The notes beneath the pieces are model-generated. The model was given only the letters and a program-made list of their open reading frames with translations, ran no database searches and was not told where the DNA came from. Positions 16,349-25,859 of a stretch of 28,666 nt of DNA are shown one piece after another (within the stretch, counting starts at the first letter, position 1; each line of letters opens with the position of its first letter). This stretch comes from Nitrospinota bacterium (lineage in GTDB: Bacteria; UBA8248). The stretch is from contig JAYGFR010000144.1 in NCBI GenBank assembly GCA_046581755.1, forward strand, positions 1 to 28,666, in the 5' to 3' direction. The position numbers and the translations under genes are program-made.

Positions 16349-17893
16349 TCAGCGGCCCCCTTTTTCCGGCGGGGCGAGGCGCGCCCTGGCCAGGGAGATG
16401 AGGTCTTCGTTCGGGTAGACCCGGTATCCGAGCAGGCGGCGGTCGAGTGCGGCGACGTTCACGCTGTGCCAAAGATTCACGTAGGGCAGGTCGGTGCCGA
16501 CGATTTTTTGGGCCTCGGCATAGAGCTGGGCCCTTTCCCGGGGGTTGGCGCTCCGGCGCGCGGCTCCGAGCAGCGCATCCAAACGCGGATTCTTGTAGTG
16601 GCCCCGGTTGAGCCCCCGGGGCGGCGTGAAGCGGCTGTGGAAAATGGAGCGGTAGATATCGGGATCGGAGATGCCCACCCAGGTCAGGCTGTAGAGCTGG
16701 AAGTTTCCGTTGCGGATGTCCCCGAAAAAAGTTCCCCACTCATACGCCCGGACGCGGATGCGAATCCCCACACGGCGGAGCTGGTTCCCGATGACGGTGG
16801 CGATCCGCCTGCGGAGCTCGTTCTGGGAGGTCTTGTAGACGAGCGAGAAGCGCGGGAGCGGTCCCGGCCCGTCAGGATCGCGAAGGCCCGCTTCATCGAG
16901 GAGCCGCCGGGCAAGCGCCGGATCGTGGGGGTAGCGGGGCAGCCCCCCGGGATGGGCCCAGTGCTCCCCGGGCAGCAGGCTGTCCGCCTCGGTGGCGAGT
17001 CCCTTGAGGATGTAGCGGATGATGGGGCCCCGGTCGATTGCGTGGGCGATGGCCCGGCGCACTTTTTTCCGCGAAAGGATCGGATCGGTGAGATTGAACC
17101 CCAGGTAGGTGAAGTTGGTTCCGGCCCGCTTGAGAATCCGCAGCCGGGGGTTGGCGGCGAGCCGGGGGAGGATGTCGGGCGAGAAGGCGTTTTGAATTAT
17201 GGTGAGGCCGCCGCTCTCGAGTTCGAGGATGCGGATCGTCTCCTCGGGGATGATGCGGAAGATCAGCCGGTCGAAACGGGGGGCTCCGCCGAAATATTCC
17301 GGATATGCGGCGAGGGTGATGCGCTCGTCGGGCTTGAAGCGTTCGAACCGGAACGGTCCGGAGCCGACGGGGCGGGAGGCAAAGGTTTTTCCGGCGCCCC
17401 CAGCGCTTTTGGGAACAATGCCCACCATGAGCGACTCCGCGAAGGCCGCCGAGGGCTCTTTCAGATAAAACACCACGGTATCGGGCGATGGCGTCTCCAC
17501 CCGGTCGAGTTCGCGGAGGCCCGCCGCCCGGGGCGAGGCGAGGGCGGGATCGCGTATCGAGTCGAAGGTGTATTTCACGTCGGCCGAGGTGAGGAGGGTC
17601 CCGTCGTGAAAGCGGACGCCCTTGCGCAGGCGGAAGCGGTGGATGAGGGGGGAGGGCCGCTCCCAGGACTCGGCCAGCTCGAGTTGCAGGCGGTTGTTTT
17701 CGTCGTGCCCGATAAGCTGGCTGAACAAAAACCGATGAACCTGGCCCGAAACGGCGTCCTGGGAAAGGCGGGGGTCGAGCTGGGTGGGATTGCTCTCCAG
17801 GCCGACGATGACGTTGCGTCCCGGCGGAACCGGGTCGCTTCCGCACCCGGCGAGTATTACAAGGAGCACCCCCCCCGCCAAGCGCGCCGCCAT
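16349..17893 (-). CDS. dppA: Peptide ABC transporter substrate-binding lipoprotein (family 5)
   Basis: Lipobox LAG-C; LAESW, FRLRKGVRFHDG, DVKYTF, PVGSGPF, VRRAIAHAIDR; exact start uncertain. Confidence 0.88.
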   Translation of the reverse strand: MAARLAGGVLLVILAGCGSDPVPPGRNVIVGLESNPTQLDPRLSQDAVSGQVHRFLFSQLIGHDENNRLQLELAESWERPSPLIHRFRLRKGVRFHDGTLLTSADVKYTFDSIRDPALASPRAAGLRELDRVETPSPDTVVFYLKEPSAAFAESLMVGIVPKSAGGAGKTFASRPVGSGPFRFERFKPDERITLAAYPEYFGGAPRFDRLIFRIIPEETIRILELESGGLTIIQNAFSPDILPRLAANPRLRILKRAGTNFTYLGFNLTDPILSRKKVRRAIAHAIDRGPIIRYILKGLATEADSLLPGEHWAHPGGLPRYPHDPALARRLLDEAGLRDPDGPGPLPRFSLVYKTSQNELRRRIATVIGNQLRRVGIRIRVRAYEWGTFFGDIRNGNFQLYSLTWVGISDPDIYRSIFHSRFTPPRGLNRGHYKNPRLDALLGAARRSANPRERAQLYAEAQKIVGTDLPYVNLWHSVNVAALDRRLLGYRVYPNEDLISLARARLAPPEKGGR

Positions 17894-18093
17894 GGAATCC
17901 GATGGAAAGCGGGTATGTATCTCGTTCAATTTCAAGGCAGAACCGGCGCCGGGCGGGGTTAATTCCGCGAACTTGTCACACAAGGGAGCTTCCGTCAATG
18001 AAGAGGTTTTCTCCGCAGTTTACAGCCGAGGGAGCAGGGTCTACCATTTCGGCTTGAATGCCGCTGGATTATCAATTAGGAGAGATTTCCTCC

Positions 18094-18642
18094 ATGAAAA
18101 AAAGGCGCTTTATTTTCGGACCGGGCCTCCATGCCGCGGCGGTTGTATTTTCCTTATTGATTGTTGCCGCCATGCTTCTTGCCCCCTCGGGCGCGGTTGC
18201 CGGTGCTGTCCGGGTGGGCGATCGGGCGCCCCAGTTCGAGATTCAGGGCTTCAATTCCCAAAAGCTTCAGGGCGAGAAGAATATTCTCCTGGTCTTCTAC
18301 CGGGGCCTGTTCTGAAGCTATTGCCAGAGGCAGCTGGTTCAGCTGCAGGAATATTCAAAGAAAATTGCCGAGAGCAACACCCAGATTGTAGCCATCAGCA
18401 CGGACGGCGAGAAAGCGATCCTGAGAACTTCACGGGAGCTTGGCGTTCGCTTTCGGCTGATTTCCGACATCGAACGCAGGATCATCAACCTCTTTGGCGT
18501 GCTTCATCCCAAGGAAGGAATGTCGCGTCCCGCCACCTTTATCATCGACAAGCGGGGCGTTGTCCGCTATCGCCATATCGGGAAGGACTTTTCCGACCGG
18601 CCGCCGATAAAAGGGCTTCTTCAAGCGTTGGCCTGGTTGTAG
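18094..18642 (+). CDS. Exported AhpC/TSA (peroxiredoxin-like, thioredoxin fold) selenoprotein, Sec at UGA 18313-18315 (U74-S-Y-C77)
   Basis: AGGAG RBS, signal peptide, VGDRAPQF...LLVFYRGLF-UGA-SYCQRQL...IVAISTD...RPATFIIDKRGVVRY continues in frame to TAG 18640-18642 (182 aa). UGA occupies the first Cys of CxxC. Confidence 0.88.
18330..18346 (+). promoter_or_regulatory. Bacterial SECIS-like hairpin
   Basis: GCAGCTG-GTT-CAGCTGC perfect 7-bp stem, G-containing apical loop about 21 nt after the UGA. Confidence 0.7.
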
Positions 18643-18713
18643 GGGATGCGCCGTTTCGGGATTTGGCCCGTCGTTCGATTTGCCACCCCGTCCGTTGAAA
18701 TTCTAGGTATTGG

Positions 18714-20345
18714 ATGAAAATTTTCCGCTCCTACTTTGCCGGACCGCTTTGCGGATTTTGCGTGCTCCTTTTGGCGGTGTCCGCTCCTCCGCCAGATGCA
18801 CATGCCGCAAGGGCGAAGCGGAATGGAAGCCAGCGCATATTGTCGAAGGAATTGTTCCGGAAAAAAATCCGCGCCGCCATTCGCCGCGAATGCCGAATCA
18901 CCGGCAAGGTCGGCGTCTACATTCGCTCCATATCGGCGCGGGAGACCCTTTTCGATCACCGGGCCACGGAAAAGCGCATCCCCGCCTCGAACATAAAGCT
19001 GCTCACGACGGCGGCGGCGCTGAGGTATTTGGGCCCCGACTACACGTTTCCCACCGATGTCTATGCGCATGGGGAGATCGAGGGCGGCTACCTGTTCGGC
19101 GATCTATACCTCAAGGGATACGGAGATCCGAGTCTTGTTCAGGAGCGGGTCAGGGAACTGGCATTTTCTATCCACTTAAAAGGCATCCGTCGGATTTCGG
19201 GCGATTTGATCGGGGACGACAGTTTTTTCGACTCCGAGCGCTACGGGAAAAAATGGAAGGTCAAAGGCTCGGCCAAGGCTTACCTGGCTCCCTACTCGGC
19301 GCTCGCCGTGAATTTCAGCCTTGTCCGCGTCCTAGCCGAAGCGGGCCCGAAACCGGGTGCCCTTGCCCGGGTGCAGCTTGTTCCTCCCTCGGACGCCATT
19401 GGCCTGAAGAACACTTTAAAAACGACATCGCGCCGGAGGCGGGCGCGGGTGTTGGTCAGGCGCCGGGCCGGGAAAAGGAAGGATTGGATTCACGTCAGCG
19501 GCCGGATCCCTTTTCGGAAGGGGACGCGCCGCTACGCGGTGGCGGTGTCCGATCCCACCCGGTTCGCCGCCGGTACGTTTTCGGCGCTTCTTAAGAGAGA
19601 GGGAATCCGAATTCAGGGAAAGGTTCTTACCGGAACGACGCCGCCCGAGGCCCGGCTCCTCATCAGGCAAAATTCCCGCCCACTTGGCGAAATCATTCGC
19701 GGATTGAACAAGCACAGCAACAACCTGATGGCGGAGCTGATACTCAAAACCATGGGAGCCGAGATGTTCGGCCTGCCGGGGACCACCGAAAAGGGGCTCC
19801 TGGCGGTTCAACGGCTACTCATCCAGGCGGGCGTTCCGCCGGGTTCGTTCGATCTGGCCGATGCCTCGGGGTTGAGCCGGCTGAACAAGATTACGCCCAA
19901 AGCCATCGTGGCCGTGCTGGAGAGCATGTTTCATGATTTTCGTCTGTTTCCCGAATACCTCGCTTCGCTGGCCGTTGTCGGCGTGGACGGGACCATCCGC
20001 AAACGGCTCCGCCGGAGTTCGGCCGCGCGCCGCGTTCGGGCGAAGACGGGGCTGTTGGCCGGCGTTCACGCGCTGAGCGGATATGCCGCCGCCGACAACG
20101 GCGAAACGCTGGTGTTTTCGATTCTTTCGAATTCGCAAGGATGCCGCCCGAAGCGGTTGATGAACCGGATTTCCCTGGCCATGGTTCACTTGGATAGGCC
20201 GCTTCCCAAGGGTCTTTACCGGAGACTCTTTCCCTCCCGGCAAATGCTTTCGCGCCCCATGCCCATTCCCCAAAAAAGGGACCGCTGGCGGCGCAGCCGG
20301 CGGGCCCGGAGCGGCGGAGAAGGGGCCCTGGGCGGAGCGCGCTGA
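18714..20345 (+). CDS. dacB: D-alanyl-D-alanine carboxypeptidase/endopeptidase PBP4 (peptidase S13)
   Basis: PASNIK (SxxK), GYGDP, SNN, DASGLSR and KTG motifs; signal peptide; Arg-rich tail. Confidence 0.93.
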   Translation: MKIFRSYFAGPLCGFCVLLLAVSAPPPDAHAARAKRNGSQRILSKELFRKKIRAAIRRECRITGKVGVYIRSISARETLFDHRATEKRIPASNIKLLTTAAALRYLGPDYTFPTDVYAHGEIEGGYLFGDLYLKGYGDPSLVQERVRELAFSIHLKGIRRISGDLIGDDSFFDSERYGKKWKVKGSAKAYLAPYSALAVNFSLVRVLAEAGPKPGALARVQLVPPSDAIGLKNTLKTTSRRRRARVLVRRRAGKRKDWIHVSGRIPFRKGTRRYAVAVSDPTRFAAGTFSALLKREGIRIQGKVLTGTTPPEARLLIRQNSRPLGEIIRGLNKHSNNLMAELILKTMGAEMFGLPGTTEKGLLAVQRLLIQAGVPPGSFDLADASGLSRLNKITPKAIVAVLESMFHDFRLFPEYLASLAVVGVDGTIRKRLRRSSAARRVRAKTGLLAGVHALSGYAAADNGETLVFSILSNSQGCRPKRLMNRISLAMVHLDRPLPKGLYRRLFPSRQMLSRPMPIPQKRDRWRRSRRARSGGEGALGGAR

Positions 20346-20380
20346 ATTCCTGAATAAGTGCGCGAATCGAAGGAGTTCGA

Positions 20381-22216
20381 ATGTCCCCGGCGGAAAAAGC
20401 CAAGATTAACGGAGAGGAGCCGAACCGGCTCTCATCGCCTGGCCCCCCGGTATTTCCGCGGCGGTGGACCTTGAAGGGTGTCGATGAGGCAATCGCCGGG
20501 CGTTTGTCGGAGGAGATGAACCTCCATCCCTTGCTGGGAAGATTACTTGCCCTGCGTGGGATATCAGGTCCGGACGAGGCCGAAACATTCCTGAACGCAC
20601 CGCTTGCGGCTTTGCACGATCCTTTCTTGATGAAGGGGATGGAGGAGGCGGCGGCGCACCTGGTCCGGGAAATTATGCAGGGCCGCCCCATCGGAGTGTA
20701 TGGGGACTACGATACCGACGGGATTTCCTCCACCGCCCTGATGGTTCTTTTCTTCACCTCGCTGGGCGTGGCCGCGCCCTATTTTATCCCCCACCGCATG
20801 CGGGAGGGGTACGGCCTCCATCTTTCAGGTTTAAAAGAGTTGCAAGCGGCTGGATGCGAAACGGTTGTCACCGTGGACACGGGCATCACAGCGGTGGAAA
20901 CCGCGCGGGTGGCCAAGGCCGAGGGCATTCACCTGATCGTTACCGACCACCATGGCCCGGCCGATCAACTGCCCGAGGCGGTGGCCGTGATCAATCCGCG
21001 CCAGGCGGGGTGCGAATATCCGTTCAAGGAACTCAGCGGCGTGGGCGTGGCATTCAAACTGGCGGCGGCCGTCCGGCGCCGGTTGCGGGATGAGGGGTTC
21101 GAGGGGGCGCTCCCGAACCTCAAACAGCATCTGGACCTGGTGGCCTTGGGAACAGTGGCCGATATCGTTCCGCTTCGGGACGAAAACCATATCCTGGTGC
21201 GCGGCGGGCTGGAGGTGCTTTCGGCCGCGTTGGGACGGAATGGCTCCCTGCCGTCCGGCCGCCCGGGCAAGCCGGGTCTTCGCGCCCTTGTGGCGGCTTC
21301 GGATTTGAAGGCGGATGCATTGACGGCGGGCCACATCGGATTCGTGCTGGCTCCCAGGCTCAATGCCGCGGGCCGGGTGGGGGATGCCCGGCTGGGAGTG
21401 GATTTGCTCACCGGGGACGATGGGGCGGAGGCGAGGGGCCGCGCGGAAAAACTCGAAGAATGGAACCGCCAGCGGCGGAATCTCGAGCGCGAGGCCCATG
21501 AAGAGGCCTTGAATCGGCTTGAGGCGGACGGGCTGCCGGGGGAGAGGCGTTCCATCGTTTTGGCGAGCGAGCGGTGGCATCCCGGCGTGATCGGAATCGT
21601 CGCCTCGCGGCTGGTGGATAGCTTTCATCGGCCCGTCGTGCTTATCCATCTCGACGGAGACGAGGGAAAAGGCTCGTGCCGGGGCGTGGCGGGAATTCAC
21701 ATGGTCGAGGCCCTGGGCGGTTGCTCCGATCTCCTGATTCAATTCGGTGGCCACAAGGGGGCCGCAGGGTTGTCCATCCGGAGAAAAGATGTCGAGCCGT
21801 TCATCGAGCGGTTCGAGGCGATGGCCCGCGAAACTATGGGAGATGAGCCCATGGAGGCGGAGCTTTTCCTCGATGCGGCAGTGGATTTCGCCGAGTTGGG
21901 CCTGCCGTTGTTGGAGTCGATGGAGAAGATGGCCCCGTTCGGGTCGGGCAATCCCCAGCCCATATTGGCCACAGCCGGGGTCGAGGTGGCGGGGAGGCCG
22001 GAGGGTGTCGGGCAGGGCGCAAAGCACCTCAAGATGAGGTTGCGGCAGAGAGGGGAGATTGTTGACACAATCGGATTCGGCTTGGGCGGTCTTCTGGAGG
22101 ATCCGGATTTTTTGAAAGGAAAGCTCGACGTGGCCTATCATGCCGGCGTGAACCGCTGGCGGGGGAGGTCGAGCGTGCAGATTCAAATTAAGGCGCTCCG
22201 CCCCGCGGGCGGCTAG
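20381..22216 (+). CDS. recJ: Single-stranded-DNA-specific exonuclease RecJ
   Basis: YGDYDTDG, EGYGL, TVDTG, TDHH, LGTVAD, PRLNAAGR, GGHKGAAG, PFGSGNPQP. Confidence 0.96.
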   Translation: MSPAEKAKINGEEPNRLSSPGPPVFPRRWTLKGVDEAIAGRLSEEMNLHPLLGRLLALRGISGPDEAETFLNAPLAALHDPFLMKGMEEAAAHLVREIMQGRPIGVYGDYDTDGISSTALMVLFFTSLGVAAPYFIPHRMREGYGLHLSGLKELQAAGCETVVTVDTGITAVETARVAKAEGIHLIVTDHHGPADQLPEAVAVINPRQAGCEYPFKELSGVGVAFKLAAAVRRRLRDEGFEGALPNLKQHLDLVALGTVADIVPLRDENHILVRGGLEVLSAALGRNGSLPSGRPGKPGLRALVAASDLKADALTAGHIGFVLAPRLNAAGRVGDARLGVDLLTGDDGAEARGRAEKLEEWNRQRRNLEREAHEEALNRLEADGLPGERRSIVLASERWHPGVIGIVASRLVDSFHRPVVLIHLDGDEGKGSCRGVAGIHMVEALGGCSDLLIQFGGHKGAAGLSIRRKDVEPFIERFEAMARETMGDEPMEAELFLDAAVDFAELGLPLLESMEKMAPFGSGNPQPILATAGVEVAGRPEGVGQGAKHLKMRLRQRGEIVDTIGFGLGGLLEDPDFLKGKLDVAYHAGVNRWRGRSSVQIQIKALRPAGG

Positions 22217-23403
22217 CCGCGCAGTGTGGCGAGCGATTCCCGGTCGCCGGGTTTCATTGAAAAGGCGGGAAATTCGGTCTCGCCAAGGCCCTTCGTGAGC
22301 AGCATGACCTTGATGGCCCCCCCCAGCCCCCCCGGATCGAGCAGTCCCATGGCGCTCCGGCGTTCGGTGGCGGCCCGGGCCATGTCCTCCGTATCCTGTT
22401 CCATCGCCTCGGCTATTCCCGCTCCTAAAAGAAAGTGCGTCTGATCGGTGAATCCCCCGAGCGAGAGCCCGAGCGATTCGGCGGTTTTGAGGATGGATGA
22501 GTAATCGACATGCGCGGTCAGGTCGGTCTCGCCGGGTTTTTCGAGCGGATCGAGTGTCATGGCGTGTTGGCGGTAGCCGCGAATCGTTCCCTCCATGCGC
22601 GAGGGGTGGTAGAGGACCTGGCTGGAGAATCCATAGTCGAAAAGCAATACGCCGCCCTTTTGCATGCGGCGGCCCACCGCCTCGATCCATTCGAGGGCCG
22701 GAAGGCACACCTCGGCCGCCTGCCCGGGCCGAAGCGCCACCCCCAGCCCCGCGAACCAGCCATCCAGCCGGCCGTCGGATAGAGGGCCTTCGCAAAAGGA
22801 GAGTTTTCCTGCGCGAAGTTCGACATGCCGCTCGGCTAGCCCGGCTTCGGTTTGCACGAGAAGGTGAACTGGAAGAGCGTCCAGAAATTCATGGGCGATG
22901 ACGAGCCCCGAGATTTGGCCGGGGAGTTCGGAATGGCCCGGACCGGGAATATCGAGGCGTGCGCGGGGTCGGCCGGGCGCCCCTTCCATCCACCGGGCGA
23001 GGCGAGAGGCGATCCGGCCGGTGGCGGGCGGGCTCTGCTCGATCAGGACATACTCCAGGGCCTCGGCGAGGGGGCCGTGGGCGCCGGTCTCGATGGCATC
23101 GAGAATATCGTGGGCGAGCCATCCCTCGCCGGGGCCGAATTCGAACAGGGAAAAGGCCGCCGGGCGGCCCATGGCGCGCCAGATTTCCACGGCCTGGCGG
23201 GCCACCATCGCGCCGAACCAGCGGCTTTGATGGGGGCTGGTTTTAAAATCGCCTCCCCGCCCGGTGCGGGGCGAGGGCTGGCGGTAATACCCGCCCTCGG
23301 GATGGTAGAGCGCCAGTTCCATGAAATGCTTGAATGGAATCGGCCCGTGCCGGAGTTCGGCTTCGAGCGCCTCGGCCAGGCCTGGTTGAGCGCAAATGTT
23401 CAT
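22213..23403 (-). CDS. SAM-dependent methyltransferase, MidA/NDUFAF7 family
   Basis: FMELALYHPEGGYY, GDFKTSP, EFGPGEG, HEFLDALP, FDYG, DLTAHVD motifs; start approximate. Confidence 0.9.
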   Translation of the reverse strand: MNICAQPGLAEALEAELRHGPIPFKHFMELALYHPEGGYYRQPSPRTGRGGDFKTSPHQSRWFGAMVARQAVEIWRAMGRPAAFSLFEFGPGEGWLAHDILDAIETGAHGPLAEALEYVLIEQSPPATGRIASRLARWMEGAPGRPRARLDIPGPGHSELPGQISGLVIAHEFLDALPVHLLVQTEAGLAERHVELRAGKLSFCEGPLSDGRLDGWFAGLGVALRPGQAAEVCLPALEWIEAVGRRMQKGGVLLFDYGFSSQVLYHPSRMEGTIRGYRQHAMTLDPLEKPGETDLTAHVDYSSILKTAESLGLSLGGFTDQTHFLLGAGIAEAMEQDTEDMARAATERRSAMGLLDPGGLGGAIKVMLLTKGLGETEFPAFSMKPGDRESLATLRG

Positions 23404-23610
23404 ACGCCCGAGTATAAGGCGGGCGGGCACCCGTTGGGGAGTCGTTCCGGGAGGCGATTCGCCTTGCTTCCGCCTCGTTAGCCTTTTATTCTGCCCTCGA
23501 GCAGGGAGGCGGTTCGGTCCGGACCGGATTCGGTCCAACCGGGAGATTCCCGCCTTCCGGTCATCGTTTCGTTTCCATGGCATTTCGTTTCCATGGAGAG
23601 AGGAGCCCCA

Positions 23611-23862
23611 ATGCGGGTGCGGATAAAATGTTTCGCCTGGGCCCGGGAGGTGACGGGCGAGGATGAAATTGAACTGGATATTCCCGAGGGGGGGACGGTC
23701 AAAGAGTTGCGCGAATCGCTGGGCGAAAAATTCCCGTCCTTTGCCCAAAAGATGGAATCCATCGCGGTATCGGTCAACCAAGAGTTCGCCGGCGACTCAC
23801 ATTCCGTCTCGGCGGGAGACGAACTGGCTCTGATTCCCCCCATCAGCGGAGGCGTCCGGTGA
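23611..23862 (+). CDS. moaD: Molybdopterin synthase sulfur carrier subunit
   Basis: Ubiquitin-like FAWAREVTG...GDELALIPPISGG, followed by an extra VR; GAGGAG RBS; coupled to moaE. Confidence 0.9.
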   Translation: MRVRIKCFAWAREVTGEDEIELDIPEGGTVKELRESLGEKFPSFAQKMESIAVSVNQEFAGDSHSVSAGDELALIPPISGGVR

Positions 23863-24290
23863 TTTGCCGGGTGGTCGAGCGGCCCATTGATATGAGCGTA
23901 CTGGTCAATGATGTGGCCGGGGACGACATCGGCGGCGTGTGCACCTTTATCGGCCTCGTGCGCAACCATAGCCGGGGCCAAAGGGTCACCCACTTGGAGT
24001 ATCACGCGTATCCCGAAATGTCCGAGAAGAAAATGCGCCAGGTGATCGAAGAGATCGCGGAGCAATACGGGGTGGACCGTATCGCGGTGGAACACCGGAT
24101 CGGCACCCTCCAGATCGGCGAAATCGCTGTCGGAATCGCCGCCTCCTCCGCGCATCGAGATGCCGCCTTCAAGGCCTGCCGCTATGCCATCGACCGAATC
24201 AAGCAAATTGTGCCGATTTGGAAGAAAGAGTTCGGCGACGATGGGGCCGTCTGGGTGGAGGAAAGCCCGGTCGATGCGGAAACCCCCTGA
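23859..24290 (+). CDS. moaE: Molybdopterin synthase catalytic subunit
   Basis: FIGLVRN, LEYHAY, HRIG, SAHR, IKQIVPIWKKE; GGAGG RBS and GTG start overlapping the moaD stop. Confidence 0.95.
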   Translation: MICRVVERPIDMSVLVNDVAGDDIGGVCTFIGLVRNHSRGQRVTHLEYHAYPEMSEKKMRQVIEEIAEQYGVDRIAVEHRIGTLQIGEIAVGIAASSAHRDAAFKACRYAIDRIKQIVPIWKKEFGDDGAVWVEESPVDAETP

Positions 24291-24530
24291 TTATCTCCTA
24301 AAAATTCTTTGACTTCCGTTCAAATCCGGGTAATATTACCCCCTCATCAATCGGGAACCATGCTGATTCGGGCCGGGAGGCGGATTTCGGTGCTCTGCCC
24401 CCGTCGCTGGAATTTCCGTGACTCGTGGTCAGGAAATGAATTGGCTCCATTGTTTTACAGAGATGGAATTTCGGATCGTATTACCCGGTTAAATCTAAGA
24501 AGTAATGGTGCGGACAGGAGGGTCCTCAAA

Positions 24531-25724
24531 ATGAAACGTGGCTTAATGTTCGGTCTGGTTGCTGTTTTTGCCATCTCGCTTTCCTGGTCCGCCAAGTCCT
24601 GGGCGGCCGGGGAAGTCACGGTCGGCGTGGCCGTCTCGATGACGGGCCGGTATGCCGAGCCCGCCGGGCGGTTCGTGAATTCCTGGAAACTTTTTGTCGA
24701 TCAGCGCAATGCTGCTGGTGGCTGGCTGGGAAAGAAAATCAAGCTGACTATCCTGGACGACAAATCGGACAAACAGCAAAGCATCAAACTTTTCGAGAAA
24801 CTGATCACCCAGGATAAGGTCGATCTCACGATGGGTCCCTATTCCTCGGGAATTACCGATGCCGTGGCGAACATCTTCGAGCGCTACAAGTATCCGACGA
24901 TGGCGCCGGGCGCGGCCTCGGGCATCATCTGGAAGAGGGGGCGCAAGTATCTCTTCAATATCGTCGCCGTTGCCCAGGACTATCAAAAGGGGGCGCTCCA
25001 TATCGCCAGAGATATCGGCATCAAGCGCATCGCCGTCGTCGGCGAGGACAGCCTCTTCCCGCGCCAGACCGCAGAGGGCGTGCGGGCATGGGCGAAGAAG
25101 CTGGGACTCAAGATTGTTCTCGAGGAAAGCTATCCGAGAAAGCAGCAGGATTTCACCGCTCTTCTTCAAAAAATCAAGTCCCGCGGCGCCGAGGCCTTGA
25201 TTTCGAACAGCTACTTCGCCGACTCCACCGCCCAGATTCGCGGCCTCCGCGAGTTGAACATCAACCTCAAAATGTTCGCCGGAACGGTGGGCCCGGCCCT
25301 TCCGAAGTTCGCCAAACAGCTCGGCGCGACAGCCGAATATGTTCTGGGCTTCAGCCAATGGGAGCCCAAGCCCGACATCCTCAAGCGTCCCGGGATGAGG
25401 AAGTATATCGCAGCCTACCAGAAGCGCTACGGCGTAAAGCCCAACTATCACGCTGGCCAGTCCTACGCGGTTTTCCAGGTTCTGGAAGCGGCCATCAACA
25501 AGGGTGGCTCCACCGAACGGGATAAGGTCTGGAAGACACTACGCACGATGAGCACAACGTCCATCATAGGTCCCTGGAAAGTGGACAAGAACAACCTCAA
25601 CAATCATGAAGGGTTGACCTTCCAGATTTTGGACGGACAGCGGAAGATCGTCTGGCCCCCGAAGCTGGCGGAGGTGAAGTACAAGCTCCCGATGCCTGCT
25701 TGGAAGAAACGCTCGAAAAATTAA
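24531..25724 (+). CDS. livK: Branched-chain amino acid-type ABC transporter substrate-binding protein
   Basis: AGGAGG RBS, signal peptide, SMTGRYA, DDKSD, GPYSS, DFTALLQKIK; first gene of a liv-type operon; true substrate unknown. Confidence 0.85.
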   Translation: MKRGLMFGLVAVFAISLSWSAKSWAAGEVTVGVAVSMTGRYAEPAGRFVNSWKLFVDQRNAAGGWLGKKIKLTILDDKSDKQQSIKLFEKLITQDKVDLTMGPYSSGITDAVANIFERYKYPTMAPGAASGIIWKRGRKYLFNIVAVAQDYQKGALHIARDIGIKRIAVVGEDSLFPRQTAEGVRAWAKKLGLKIVLEESYPRKQQDFTALLQKIKSRGAEALISNSYFADSTAQIRGLRELNINLKMFAGTVGPALPKFAKQLGATAEYVLGFSQWEPKPDILKRPGMRKYIAAYQKRYGVKPNYHAGQSYAVFQVLEAAINKGGSTERDKVWKTLRTMSTTSIIGPWKVDKNNLNNHEGLTFQILDGQRKIVWPPKLAEVKYKLPMPAWKKRSKN

Positions 25725-25859
25725 CGGGCGAGATTGCAGGGTTTCGTTGAGATAAAATAGGTTCACTAAGCGCACATCACCGGGGTCACGGCTGTGGCCC
25801 CGGTGATTTTTGAGCCGGCTGTGCTTGCCCGATTCGGGCCAAAGGAATATATCTGGAAC

